Shown here: positions 52,001 to 63,965 of the stretch, piece by piece
Layout of the letters: each line of letters starts with the position of its first letter
How positions within the stretch are numbered: position 1 is the first letter of the stretch
DNA from: Planctomycetota bacterium
Lineage (GTDB): Bacteria > Planctomycetota > UBA1135 > UBA2386
NCBI GenBank assembly: GCA_046290465.1
Contig: JBKAGP010000001.1
Location: 4,896,001-4,960,000 of the forward strand
DNA length: 64,000 bases
Direction of reading: 5' to 3'
Translations under genes and position numbers: made by a program
The notes under the pieces: generated by a model
The model's input: only the letters and a program-made list of their open reading frames with translations
The model's database searches: none
What the model was told of the DNA's origin: nothing

Positions 52001-52497
52001 CCGGGGAGCCGGGCATGTTGCTCGTGCGCGGCGCCAACGTCATGAAGGGCTACCTCGGCCGCGACGACCTGGCCGGCAAGGCGCTGCGCGACGGCTACTA
52101 CGTCACCGGCGACATCGGCCGGCTCGACGCCGACGGGTTCCTGTTCCTGACCGATCGGCTGTCGCGCTTCAGCAAGATCGGCGGCGAGATGGTCCCGCAC
52201 GGCACGGTCGAGGAGCACCTGCAGGTCTGCAGCGGCAAGCGCGAGCGCGCGTTCGCGGTCTGCGGCGTGCCCGATCCGCGCAAGGGCGAACGGCTGGCCG
52301 TGCTGACGACGGTCTCGCCACAGGCGCTGGCGGACGTGCTCGAGCAGCTCGGCGGCCGCGGGCTGCCGGCGCTGTTCGTGCCGCGGCGCAACCAGTTCGT
52401 GCACGTCGACGAGCTGCCGGTGCTGGGCACCGGCAAGCTCGACCTGCGCAAGGTCAAGGAGCTGGCGCAGGCGGGGGCCGCGGCGGACGCGCGCTGA
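49057..52497 (+). CDS. aas: MFS (LplT-like)-acyltransferase-acyl-ACP synthetase fusion
   Basis: QFFGAFNDNAFK, QSALFAPGKYG; PNHVSFLDG, FAEG; ILFSSGSTGEPKG, QGYGATE, YVTGD, DRLSRFSKIGGEMVP, LGTGK (alternative ATG 49084). Confidence 0.93.
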   Translation: MSSSQESLTMPASQPRPFSLASLLTAQFFGAFNDNAFKMIVVLLGLAAVDGQGEVEKQGVTTLAMIVLTAPLMLGSLPAMVVGDRVSKRSLIVWTKLAELLLMAFGTYALWAQPQGWLPYVVLGGMGLQSALFAPGKYGLLPEVLPHERLTAANGKLEAASFLAIILGTVAGGLLLENVGDYVWVAGLILTTLSSIGFAASLRLPRVPASGGDEQPTVALRGAWRAVRGDRTLWLATLGTVAFWSIASLLGQDVLVYGKEVLAFPDDLAAVPYALFAIGVGGGSLLAGRIAKGKVETGLIPLGAIGLAVTTAAMGVFVPGRVMTFVLMTLLGVASGFVVVPLNSLIQWRAPANRRGAIIALVNMLSFAGMMLGNFGCLGLAQLGCDCATILLAAAIATAAATAWAIWLLPEALLRLVVVLAAHTLYRVRVLGQQRVPERGGALLVPNHVSFLDGLFLLAATDRPIRFVVDQYWYERPWLKPFLQALGAIPISATGGPRIVLRALRDAGQALDDGEVVCLFAEGEISRMGSTLPFRRGLKRIVKNRNAPIVPVHLDRVYGSLGSSQQGRLQWLPTRIPCPVTVSFGEPMPNDARPEDVRAAVESLAEGAAQLRTGELQPLHVAFVQRVRRAPWRQCLGDTEGKRLSRGASLAGAVVLARRLRGPWADQQRVGVMLPPSIAGALVAFAASLAGRTAVALNFTVGRAAMASAVRQSQLRTVVTSRRFVERLDPDVLAALDGITLVYLEDLTEGIGAFERLAGLLRGLLLPMGMLERACGAVRRVRRDDVATILFSSGSTGEPKGIELTHTNVQANCDAIAQVVPFDHRDKLVGVLPMFHSFGNMALWYAVGQGAGIVFHPNPLEAAAVGHLVATHGATVLIATPTFLQLYHRRVEPGQFGSLRMVLTGAEKLTDQLADAFADRFGLRPVQGYGATECSPAIAVSAPGYRAPGFYQAGSRRGSVGRPLPGVTVKVVDPDTFEPVVTGEPGMLLVRGANVMKGYLGRDDLAGKALRDGYYVTGDIGRLDADGFLFLTDRLSRFSKIGGEMVPHGTVEEHLQVCSGKRERAFAVCGVPDPRKGERLAVLTTVSPQALADVLEQLGGRGLPALFVPRRNQFVHVDELPVLGTGKLDLRKVKELAQAGAAADAR

Positions 52498-52558
52498 CCG
52501 TCGCGGCGGCCGCGCAGCCGATGGCAGCGGGATCGTCGCGAATGGTGTCCGTGCGGCC

Positions 52559-52583
52559 GTAACGTGCGTCGCGGGAATGCGTC
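52559..52583 (+). promoter_or_regulatory. Putative ECF promoter GTAAC-N16-CGTC (second similar site at 52900-52924)
   Basis: Both sites start GTAACGTGCG with the same spacing to CG(T/C)C, upstream of the secreted protein-ECF-kinase operon. Confidence 0.4.
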
Positions 52584-52938
52584 CCTGCAGCTGGCCGCTG
52601 GCGAGGCGGCCCCTGCGTCTGTCCGCATGGGGGTGTGGCCGTTCTGGATGGAGCCGTCGCCGCCCGCCGCACGAAGGGCAGCTCGGCCGTGAGGGTCCGA
52701 ATGGCGTGGGCTCGGAGGCGTGTTTCGTCACGCGCATCCCGAACGTGTCCAATGCGGATGCGGGTGGGGTGCCGCCTCCAGGCCACGTCGAGGCTCGCAC
52801 GGCCGCGCTTCTGCGGCACCCTTTCCACCTAAAGCATTCCGAGGTAGTGGTTTGGGTGGATGGCGCCGGAGGGGCGTGACGCGCGCTGCGGTTTTTCCTG
52901 TAACGTGCGCCGTGCACTCTCGCCCGACCCCTGCGCAT

Positions 52939-54105
52939 ATGGACACGAACTCGCCTACGTCTTCTGCCTCGACCGGCCAGAAGTCCCTCCCCCTCGCCCT
53001 GGTGCTCGGCCTCTCCTTCGCGGCGCCGCTCACGGCCCAGAACGAACTGCGCCTGCAGATCACCGACGGGGTCTCGCCGCTGACCCAGAACCTCAACCCG
53101 CAGAACGGCTGGGTCGCGCTCTGGATGGAGTGCCTGCCGGCCTACCAGGGTGGTTGGTACGGGGTCGTGCCGTACGCCTACAAGCCGGGCACGACCGGGC
53201 TCTGGGAGTATGATCCGACGCCGCTCGACGACCACACGCTGAGCTACAGCTACGGCAACCAGACGACCACCGGCCTGCTCGTGGACTGCGAGCCGCAGGC
53301 GTTGTCCGACTTCTTCACCCGCAGCCTGCGCGACCACACGGGTGCGCATGCCGAGAACGCGGTGTTCCGCGCGCTCGACCCGATCTTCGAGCCGGCCGCC
53401 AACTTCGATCCGAACGGGCCGTCGTACCAGTTCTTCGGCTGGAGCCCCTACACCCCGTGGGAGCGCGACCAGGACAACGCGTTCAACATCAGCTCGTTCG
53501 CGGAGGAGGCCGTCTGGCACCGCGTGCGCCATACGCTGCCGTCGCAGGACCAGGCGGCGCGCGAGGCCTACTTCAGTGGTGAGGACTACCACCTGCTCTG
53601 GCAGCAGGGCTTCACGGTGGCGCTGTCGCTGATCGGCGTGCGCGGCATCAACGTCACGGGCGGTGATCCGTTCGGCTACCCGTCGACCGGTCTCTCGGGC
53701 TACCCGGGCCAGGCACCGGTGTTCCGGGTCAGCGCGCCGGCGCTGATCTCGTACGGCGGCACGGGCTCGGCGAACCTGTTCTTCTTCTTCAGCGGCACGT
53801 CGACGCCGGTGCGCCCGGTGCACACCGCCGCCCCGGGTGGGGTGTTCGTGCACCCCGCGTGCAACTGGCAGCGCGGCATGCAGATCCGCCTGCACCAGAA
53901 CACCCAGGGCGGCGCGGTCTACATCTGTGACCTCGACTGGGCCGACTTCGGCAAGGTCAAGATCACGGTGCCGGCCAACGCCAGCTCGGGCATGCACTCG
54001 ATCCGCAAGTTCCGCTACTACGTCGGCGAGTCGGGCGGCCAGCCGGTCTATGGCCCGTGGTTCGACATCCAGCCCTCGCACCGTCCGCTGATCGGGGTGC
54101 AATGA
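52939..54105 (+). CDS. Secreted hypothetical protein, aromatic/Gly-rich, probably beta-rich
   Basis: Signal peptide LPLALVLGLSFAAPLTAQ; strong GC3 coding bias; ATGA overlap with ECF. Confidence 0.75.
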   Translation: MDTNSPTSSASTGQKSLPLALVLGLSFAAPLTAQNELRLQITDGVSPLTQNLNPQNGWVALWMECLPAYQGGWYGVVPYAYKPGTTGLWEYDPTPLDDHTLSYSYGNQTTTGLLVDCEPQALSDFFTRSLRDHTGAHAENAVFRALDPIFEPAANFDPNGPSYQFFGWSPYTPWERDQDNAFNISSFAEEAVWHRVRHTLPSQDQAAREAYFSGEDYHLLWQQGFTVALSLIGVRGINVTGGDPFGYPSTGLSGYPGQAPVFRVSAPALISYGGTGSANLFFFFSGTSTPVRPVHTAAPGGVFVHPACNWQRGMQIRLHQNTQGGAVYICDLDWADFGKVKITVPANASSGMHSIRKFRYYVGESGGQPVYGPWFDIQPSHRPLIGVQ

Positions 54106-54678
54106 GCGACGAAGTCGACATGCACAACGCTGACGCTCCGAGCGACCTCGAGCTGTCCAAGCTGGTCGCCTCGGCGACGCCGGTGTTGAAGCGGATGGCG
54201 CCGCGGCTGATGGGCGCGGTGCTGCGCCAGCGCTGCCGCACGTCGGACCTGGTGCAGTCGGCGCTGGTCGAGGCGATCGCCTCGATCCCCAACTTCCGCG
54301 GCAAGAACGAGAGCGAGTTCGTCGGCTGGACGCTGCGGATCATGGAGCGCAACGCGCTCGATCGGCAGCGTCGGCTGACGGCGCGCAAGCGCGCGGTCGA
54401 ACGCGAGAAGCCCGAGGGCGAGCTCGGGCTGCACAACCTGGCGGGCGACCAACACTCGCCGAGCCAGATGGCGATCGACCGCGAGGAGCTGCTGCGCATC
54501 GCCAAGGCGATGCGCTACCTGCCGGCCGACCAGCGTCGCGTGCTGCAGATCGTCGCCTTGCGCGGCGGCACGCACGCCGATGCGGCCAAGAAGCTTGGCC
54601 GCAGCGAAGGCGCCTGCCGGGTCCTGCTGGCGCGGGCGCGCGCCGGCCTGCTGGTCGCGATGGCAAAGGCCGAACGCG

Positions 54679-54686
<8 letters not shown>
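54102..54686 (+). CDS. ECF sigma-70 factor, kinase-associated type
   Basis: RTSDLVQSA...FRG....F.GW...I; LPADQRRVL......THADAAKKLGRSEGACRVLLARA. Confidence 0.88.
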
Positions 54687-57393
<2,707 letters not shown>

Positions 57394-57437
57394 AACCCTC
57401 CTTTATCGCCGCCGTCCGACGTCCTAGCTTGGCCGCC

Positions 57438-58013
57438 ATGACGACGCGCCTCCTCGTGATCCCCGGCTCGACCCGCACCGCGGCCTTCTCCAAGCAACTC
57501 GCCAAGGCGGCCGCGATGTCGCTGCCCGACGGCGTCGAAGCCACGGTCGTCGACCTGCGCGAGTTCGAGATGCCGCTCTACGACGGCGACCTCGAAGAGC
57601 GCGACGGCCTGCCGGAGGGCGCCGTGCGGTTGCGCGATCAGGTCAAGGCGCACGACGCCGTGCTGTTCGTGTCGCCCGAGTACAACGCCTCGATCCCGGC
57701 CGTGCTGAAGAACGCGATCGACTGGGTCTCGCGGCCGCACGCCGCCGAGCCGGGCGTCGCTGCCTGGGCCGGCAAGGTCGCCGGCCTGATGGCCAGTTCG
57801 CCGGGGGCGCTGGGTGGCCTGCGCGGCCTGGCACACCTGCGGCAGATCCTGATGAACGTCGGCATGCAGGTCGTGACCGAGCAGTTTGCGCTCGGTGGGG
57901 CCCACGAGGCGTTCGGCGAGGACGGTTCGTTGGCAGGGGAGCGTCAGCAGGCGGGCGTCGACAAAGTCGTGGCCAGCGTCGTGCGGATGTCCCGGGCCCT
58001 CGCTGGTTCGTAG
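57438..58013 (+). CDS. NADPH-dependent FMN reductase
   Basis: GSTR, PLYDGDLE, SPEYNASIPAVLKNAIDWVSR, SPGALGGLRGL..LR. Confidence 0.93.
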   Translation: MTTRLLVIPGSTRTAAFSKQLAKAAAMSLPDGVEATVVDLREFEMPLYDGDLEERDGLPEGAVRLRDQVKAHDAVLFVSPEYNASIPAVLKNAIDWVSRPHAAEPGVAAWAGKVAGLMASSPGALGGLRGLAHLRQILMNVGMQVVTEQFALGGAHEAFGEDGSLAGERQQAGVDKVVASVVRMSRALAGS

Positions 58014-58046
58014 CGTGCCGGGCTGGTGGTCCGGCCGGATCGTGGC

Positions 58047-58077
58047 TTGACGAACCACAGATTTAGAACTAGTCTAA
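58047..58077 (+). promoter_or_regulatory. Sigma70 promoter overlapped by a Fur-family (Per/ICE-like) box
   Basis: TTGACG-N17-TAGTCT; TTAGAACTAGTCTAA at 58063-58077; ATG 6 nt after the -10, suggesting leaderless mRNA. Confidence 0.7.
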
Positions 58078-58081
58078 CAGC

Positions 58082-58498
58082 ATGAGCGATCGCATTCCGC
58101 ACGCCGAGCTGGTGGACCGCTTGGTCCGCAACGACATCCGCCCCTCCGCGCAGCGGCTGGCGATCGCGGAATACGTTCTCGACACGACGGAGCACCCGAC
58201 CGCTGACCAGGTCTTCCGCACCGTGACCGAGCGACACCCGGCGGTCTCGCGCGCGACCGTCTACAACACCCTGCAGACCTTCGTCGAGAAGGGGCTGCTG
58301 CGCGCGCTGGTGCTCGCCGAAGGCAGCGTCGCCTACGACCCGAACAACGAGCGGCACCACCACTTCGTCGACGACGAGACCGGTGTCATCGAAGACATTC
58401 CGTGGTCGGCCATCAAGGTCGGCCGCGTCGACCACCTCGACGACTTCGACGTGCGCGAGTTCTCGGTCGTCGTGCGCGGCACCCGCAAGAGCGGCTGA
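58082..58498 (+). CDS. Fur-family regulator (PerR/Irr-like, cysteine-free)
   Basis: QRLAI, HPTADQV, SRATVYNTL, YDPN...HHHFVD......DI; no CxxC. Confidence 0.9.
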   Translation: MSDRIPHAELVDRLVRNDIRPSAQRLAIAEYVLDTTEHPTADQVFRTVTERHPAVSRATVYNTLQTFVEKGLLRALVLAEGSVAYDPNNERHHHFVDDETGVIEDIPWSAIKVGRVDHLDDFDVREFSVVVRGTRKSG

Positions 58499-58543
58499 GT
58501 CGAACCCCTCCCGATCATCACCTTCCATCGCGACCTACCCTGA

Positions 58544-58562
58544 AATTAGACTCTGTCTAATT
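58544..58562. promoter_or_regulatory. Fur-family operator upstream of dps
   Basis: Perfect dyad AATTAGAC-TCT-GTCTAATT, same TTAGA-N5-TCTAA core as the 58063 box. Confidence 0.75.
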
Positions 58563-58578
58563 CGTTGAAGAGGACATC

Positions 58579-59049
58579 ATGAAGAGCCCGAGCAACCTTC
58601 CCCCGGAGACCCGCAACCAGATCAGCCAGGCCCTGCTGCCCGTGCTGGTCGACGGCCTCGACCTGCATTCGCAGATCAAGGTCGCGCACTGGAACATCAA
58701 GGGCCCGCAGTTCGCAGCGCTGCACCCGCTGTTCGACCAGTTCGCCACCGACCTGGCGCTGCAGAACGACGAACTCGCCGAGCGCATCCTGACGCTCGGC
58801 AGCCAGGCCGTCGGCACCGCCCGGCACGTCGCCGCGAACTCGCGTCTGTCGGACTACCCGCAGGACGTCACCCGCGACATGGAGCACGTGTCGCTGCTCG
58901 CCGACCGCATCGGTGCCTACCTCGACGGCGCGCGCGCCGCGCGCAAGACGGCCGAAGAGCACGGCGACGACGAGTCGGTCGACGCGCTGACCGCGATCAT
59001 CACCCAGTTCGAGAAGCACGCGTGGTTCCTGCACGCGTCGCTGGGCTAA
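58579..59049 (+). CDS. dps: Dps DNA-protection mini-ferritin
   Basis: KVAHWNIKGPQFAALHPLFD...DELAERILTLG...EKHAWFL. Confidence 0.95.
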   Translation: MKSPSNLPPETRNQISQALLPVLVDGLDLHSQIKVAHWNIKGPQFAALHPLFDQFATDLALQNDELAERILTLGSQAVGTARHVAANSRLSDYPQDVTRDMEHVSLLADRIGAYLDGARAARKTAEEHGDDESVDALTAIITQFEKHAWFLHASLG

Positions 59050-59116
59050 CGGCCAGATTCCGGGGCGGCGGCGGCTTCTGGCTTCCGTCTGCTGCGGCGC
59101 GCGGCAGCATGGCCGG

Positions 59117-61435
59117 ATGAACCGCATCGTCTGCATGTTGCTGGTCGCGTCGATCGCGGCCCCGATCGCCGCGCAGGGTTCGGCCGCCGACTACCGGCGC
59201 GCCACCGGCAACCTGCGTCGGTGGGCCGGCGCGGCCAGGCGCTTCGATCCGGCGGTGCGCTGGCTGTCCGACGGCGGCGTGCTGTGGTTCGAGACCGGGC
59301 GCGGCGAGGCGCGGCGGTTCGTGCGGGTCGAGCCCGACGGCACCGTTCGCCGTTCGCGCTCGGCGGCCGATCTCGGCATCGGCGACGAGGAACGCACGCT
59401 GCAGCCGAAGGCGGACTGGTCGCGCAGCGCACGCTCCGACCGCGCAGCCACCGTGACGTTCGAGAACCGGCTGCGGCGCAAGGTCCGGTTGTTCTGGATC
59501 GACGGCCGCGGCGCTCCGCGGCAGTACGGCGAGATCGCGCCCGGCAAGCGGGTCACGCAGTCGACCTTCGTCGGGCACGCCTGGATCGCCGACTACGGGC
59601 GTGACGACGTGGTCGGGTCGTTCGTGGTCGAGCCCGGCAGGTGCCTGGCCGTGTTCGACGAGGCATCGCGCGCGCGCGTGAACGGGACGCGCGAGGCACC
59701 GCGGAACGGTCGCTCCAACAACGCGCGCCTGTCGATCCGTGCGCACGATGTCTGGTGGACGCCGCGCGGCGGCGAGCCGCGGCGGCTGACCGACGACGGC
59801 AGCGCCGAGGACGGCTACCGGCGGCCGCGGCACCGGTCGCCAGACGGCCGGCGGGCGCTGGGATTCCGGGTCGCGCCGGGCGAGGAGCACCTGGTGCACT
59901 TCGTCGAGTCGTCGCCGCGCGACCGCGTGCAGCCGAAGCTGCACGCGCGCAACTACCAGAAACCCGGTGACCGCATCGATCGACCGCGGCCGGTGCTGTT
60001 CGACATCGAGAACGGCGCGCGCATTCCGGTCGACGAGGCGCCGTTCGCCGACGCGTGGCGGATCGATCGCGTGCACTGGGCCGCCGACAGCAGCGAGGTG
60101 TTCGTGCTCTACAACCGGCGCGGCCACCAGCAGCTCAGCGTCTACGGCATCGACGCCGCCACCGGCGCCGTCCGCGTCGTCGTCGACGAGCGGAGCAAGA
60201 CGTTCGTCGACTACTCGCAGAAGACCTGGATGCACTGGCTCGCCGGCGACGAGCAGCTGCTCTGGGCCAGCGAACGCGACGGCTGGAACCACCTCTACCT
60301 GGTCGACGTCGCGAGCGGCGCTGCCCGGCAGGTCACCAAGGGCGAGTGGCTGGTGCGTCGGGTCGAGCGCGTCGACGAACCGGCGCGGCAGATCTGGTTC
60401 ACCGCCTACGGCATCCACGCGGGCCAGGATCCCTACCACGCACACCTCGCCCGCATCGACTTCGACGGCTCCAACCTGACGGTGTTGACGCAGTCGGACG
60501 GCGACCACCGCTGGCAGTTGTCGCCCGACCGTCGCTGGTTCGTCGCGCGGTGGTCGCGCGTCGACCATCCGTGGGTCACCGAACTGCGCCGCAGCAGCGA
60601 CGGCAAACTGGTCGCCGAGCTGGGGCGCGACGACGTGCAGCCGCTGCTCGACCTCGGCTTCCGCCCGCCCGAGCGCTTCGTCGCCAAGGGGCGGGACGGC
60701 GAGACCGACATCCACGGCGTGCTGATCCTGCCGTCGAACTTCGACCCGAAGCGGCGCTATCCGGTGCTCGAGGACATCTACGCGGGGCCCCACGACCACT
60801 TCGTGCCCAAGCGCTGGGGGCTCGGCGCGCGGCAGCGAAAGCTCGCCGAGCTGGGCTTCGTGGTGGTGCGCATCGACGGCATGGGGACCAACTGGCGCAG
60901 CCGCGCGTTCCACGACGTCTGCTGGCGCAACCTCAAGGACAGCGGCTTTCCGGATCGCATCCTGTGGCTGCGTGAGGCGGCCAGCACCCGGCCCTACCTC
61001 GACCTCGATCGCGTCGGCATCTTCGGCGGCAGCGCCGGCGGCCAGAGCACGCTCGCCGGGCTGCTGCACCACGGCGACTTCTACCGCGCCGGCGTCTCCG
61101 ACTGCGGCTGCCACGACAACCGCATGGACAAGATCTGGTGGAACGAGGCGTGGATGGGGTGGCCGGTGGGGCCCTGGTACGCCGACAGCTCCAACGTCAC
61201 CCACGCCGGCAAGCTGCGTGGAAAGCTGATGCTGACGGTCGGCGAGATGGACCGCAACGTCGACCCGGCGTCGACCATGCAGGTCGTCGACGCGCTGATC
61301 CGGGCCGACAAGGACTTCGATCTGGTCGTCGTGCCCGGCGGCGGCCATGGCGTCGGCGAGTCGTCGTATCTCGTGCGTCGTCGGCAGGACTTCTTCGTGC
61401 GGCACCTGATGGGGGTCGAACCTCGCCATCGATGA
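59117..61435 (+). CDS. Secreted S9B (DPP IV-like) peptidase with an inserted VHL-beta-like domain
   Basis: Signal peptide; WASERDGWNHLY, IYAGP, GGSAGG (Ser), GEMDRNV (Asp), GGGHG (His); insert TFENR....V.LFWID..G....YG.I.PG....QSTFVGHAW. Confidence 0.92.
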   Translation: MNRIVCMLLVASIAAPIAAQGSAADYRRATGNLRRWAGAARRFDPAVRWLSDGGVLWFETGRGEARRFVRVEPDGTVRRSRSAADLGIGDEERTLQPKADWSRSARSDRAATVTFENRLRRKVRLFWIDGRGAPRQYGEIAPGKRVTQSTFVGHAWIADYGRDDVVGSFVVEPGRCLAVFDEASRARVNGTREAPRNGRSNNARLSIRAHDVWWTPRGGEPRRLTDDGSAEDGYRRPRHRSPDGRRALGFRVAPGEEHLVHFVESSPRDRVQPKLHARNYQKPGDRIDRPRPVLFDIENGARIPVDEAPFADAWRIDRVHWAADSSEVFVLYNRRGHQQLSVYGIDAATGAVRVVVDERSKTFVDYSQKTWMHWLAGDEQLLWASERDGWNHLYLVDVASGAARQVTKGEWLVRRVERVDEPARQIWFTAYGIHAGQDPYHAHLARIDFDGSNLTVLTQSDGDHRWQLSPDRRWFVARWSRVDHPWVTELRRSSDGKLVAELGRDDVQPLLDLGFRPPERFVAKGRDGETDIHGVLILPSNFDPKRRYPVLEDIYAGPHDHFVPKRWGLGARQRKLAELGFVVVRIDGMGTNWRSRAFHDVCWRNLKDSGFPDRILWLREAASTRPYLDLDRVGIFGGSAGGQSTLAGLLHHGDFYRAGVSDCGCHDNRMDKIWWNEAWMGWPVGPWYADSSNVTHAGKLRGKLMLTVGEMDRNVDPASTMQVVDALIRADKDFDLVVVPGGGHGVGESSYLVRRRQDFFVRHLMGVEPRHR

Positions 61436-61463
61436 GCGGATGGCCGCCTGCTATGCTGCGCCG

Positions 61464-63965
61464 ATGCGGCGCACTCGCCATGCGCTCGCGAGCATGCTCG
61501 TCCTCACCCAGCTCGCGGCCGCCCAACAGTCCCCGTCCACGCCCCCGTGGATCGATGTGCTCGAACGGCGCCTGGCCGAGACGCCGGCAGGGTCGGTCGG
61601 CTGGTACCGGCTGTCGCTCGCGCGGATCGCCGCCATCGCCGACCGCGACCTCGCCGACGCGACGCGCGCGGCCGAACGGCTGTGGCAGCAGGCTGGTAAA
61701 GGCGGGCCGGTCGGGGTGCGGGAGGCCGCCGCGGCCTGGGCGGCACTGACGTCGACCATCGTCGAGGGGCCGGTCGCCGCCAGCCGATGGCGCGAACGTG
61801 CGAGCGAGCCGCCGCCCGAGGCGGATCCGTGGCTGCAGGCGGACTACTACCTGACCCGTTCGCGGACCTGCGGCGCGCTCTGGGAGGAGGGCGAGGCGTT
61901 GCGGCACGCGGTGCGCGGCCAGGAGTTCGCGGAGCGTAGCGACGACTGGCTGATCCGCGGGCGCGCGGCGCTGCTGACCCTGCACACGACGCCGTCGCGC
62001 CGGATCGAGGACGTGCGCGCGCTGTTCGCGCGCGCGCGCGCGGCGGGCGCCGACGCCGAGGTCGACGCCTTGGCGCCGCTGCTGCTGCTGGCCGAGGCCG
62101 ACTACCACGAACTGCAGGGCGACTACGCCGGCGCCCGCCGCCTGCTCGCCGAAGCCGCACCGCTCGCGGCCGCGCAGGGCAACATGCGGGTGTCCGCCCG
62201 GATCGCCGCGTCGCTGGCGGCGTTCGCCATCCACGACCCCGACGCGGCCGAGGGCGAGCAGGCACGCGAGCTGATGGCGGCGGCGCAGCAGCGGTTCGAG
62301 GACTACGGCAACCGCCTCGGGGTGCTGTTCGCGATCGACCAGCAGGCCGAGCTGGCGATCGTCGGCGACGACCTCGAAGGCGCGCGTGCGCTGATCGAAC
62401 AGCAGGTGCAGCTGCTCGAAGGCCGCGGTTGGCGGATGGCGGAGCGCGACGCGCTGATCACGCAGTTCAACCTGGCGATCAAGGAGCACGACGGCCCGCG
62501 CGCCGACGACCTGTCGCGGCAACTCGACGAGTTCCTGCCCGAGGAGGCCCGCATCGAGTCCGGGTTGCTCAGCGTGCAGGAGCGGGTAGCCAAGGCCGAA
62601 CGCGCCCGCGGCGACATGCAGCGCAAGCTCGAACGGCAGCAGCTGGCGTTGGCCGAGCAGGCCAACTCGGTCTGGATGTGGGGGGCGATCGCCGGCGTGT
62701 TCGGTCTCGGCGCGGTCCTGGCGGTCTCGTGGCTCGGTCGACGCCGCCTGCTGCGCGCCAACCTGCAGCTCGGCGAGAAGATCGTGCAGCTCGAGGAGAC
62801 GCGCAGCGCCAAGGGCAAGCTCGAGGAACGCATGCGGCAGATGGAGCGGACCGAGGGACTCGGGACGCTCGCCGCCGGTGTCGCCCACGACTTCAACAAC
62901 CTGCTGACCAGCATGATCGGCGGCGCCGAGATGCTGCGCGCGCGGCACGTCGACGTCGAGAGCCAGGAGCTTGCCGAGATGATCCTGTCGGCCGGCCAGC
63001 AGGGGTCGCGGCTCTGCCGCCAGCTGCAGTCGTATTCGGGCGGCGTCGCGCTCGAGCGAGCGCCGCTCGACGTCAAGGCGGTCATCGAGGAGATGCTGCC
63101 GACGCTGGCTGCGTCGACCCGAGGCCGGGTCGCGGTGCGGGTTGCGCCGCGTGCGCCGTCGTTGGTGGTGCAGCTGGACCGGGCGCAGTTCGAGCAGATC
63201 CTGCTGAACCTGGTGCAGAACTCGGCGGAGGCCGGGGCGCGCAACGTGACGGTGGCGATCGAGGACGCCGAGGCCGCCAGCTGCCCGAGCGAGACGTTGT
63301 CGGGACGCGTCGCTCGCCTGCGCGTCGTCGACGACGGTCGCGGCATGACCAAGGAGGTCGTGACCCGCATCTTCGATCCGTTCTTCACGACCAAGTTCCC
63401 GGGCCGCGGGCTCGGGCTCGCGGTGGTGTTCGGCGGCATCAAGCGGCACGGCGGCAGCGTGCAGGTGGTGTCGTCGGTCGACGGTGGCACCCGCTTCACG
63501 ATCGAACTGCCGCTGGTCGAGGGCGACGTCGTCGCGGCGGTGGCTGGCGAGGCTTCGACCCCGCGCGGCGACCAGCCGATCGCTAAAACGGTGATCGTCG
63601 TCGACGACGAGGCGATCGTGCGCAAGGCGATGGCGAGCATGCTGGCCAGCCTCGACTGCGCCGCGCACGCGTTCGAAGGCGGCGACGCGGCGTTGGCGTT
63701 CGTCGCGTCGATGGCCGATCGGCGCGGGGTCGTCGCGATCGTCGACCTGACGATGCCGGGCATGGACGGCGAGGAGGTCGTGCGGCGCCTGCGCGAACTC
63801 GACGGCTCGCTGCCGATCGTGTTGATGAGCGGCCACGACGACGAGTACGTCGAGGAGCAGGCGCGCACGCTGTCGGTCGACCACGTGCTGATCAAGCCGT
63901 TCCTGGTCGGTGAGGTTCGCGACGTGCTGCAGCGCGTCGCGGATCGGGTGCAGCTGCCGCGCTGA
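61464..63965 (+). CDS. Hybrid sensor histidine kinase/response regulator with helical extracytoplasmic domain
   Basis: Signal peptide, TM; LAAGVAHDFNNLL, QILLNLVQNS, DDGRGM, FDPFFTTK..GRGLGL; receiver VVDDE...DLTMPGMDG...MSG...KPF (alternative ATG 61440). Confidence 0.93.
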   Translation: MRRTRHALASMLVLTQLAAAQQSPSTPPWIDVLERRLAETPAGSVGWYRLSLARIAAIADRDLADATRAAERLWQQAGKGGPVGVREAAAAWAALTSTIVEGPVAASRWRERASEPPPEADPWLQADYYLTRSRTCGALWEEGEALRHAVRGQEFAERSDDWLIRGRAALLTLHTTPSRRIEDVRALFARARAAGADAEVDALAPLLLLAEADYHELQGDYAGARRLLAEAAPLAAAQGNMRVSARIAASLAAFAIHDPDAAEGEQARELMAAAQQRFEDYGNRLGVLFAIDQQAELAIVGDDLEGARALIEQQVQLLEGRGWRMAERDALITQFNLAIKEHDGPRADDLSRQLDEFLPEEARIESGLLSVQERVAKAERARGDMQRKLERQQLALAEQANSVWMWGAIAGVFGLGAVLAVSWLGRRRLLRANLQLGEKIVQLEETRSAKGKLEERMRQMERTEGLGTLAAGVAHDFNNLLTSMIGGAEMLRARHVDVESQELAEMILSAGQQGSRLCRQLQSYSGGVALERAPLDVKAVIEEMLPTLAASTRGRVAVRVAPRAPSLVVQLDRAQFEQILLNLVQNSAEAGARNVTVAIEDAEAASCPSETLSGRVARLRVVDDGRGMTKEVVTRIFDPFFTTKFPGRGLGLAVVFGGIKRHGGSVQVVSSVDGGTRFTIELPLVEGDVVAAVAGEASTPRGDQPIAKTVIVVDDEAIVRKAMASMLASLDCAAHAFEGGDAALAFVASMADRRGVVAIVDLTMPGMDGEEVVRRLRELDGSLPIVLMSGHDDEYVEEQARTLSVDHVLIKPFLVGEVRDVLQRVADRVQLPR

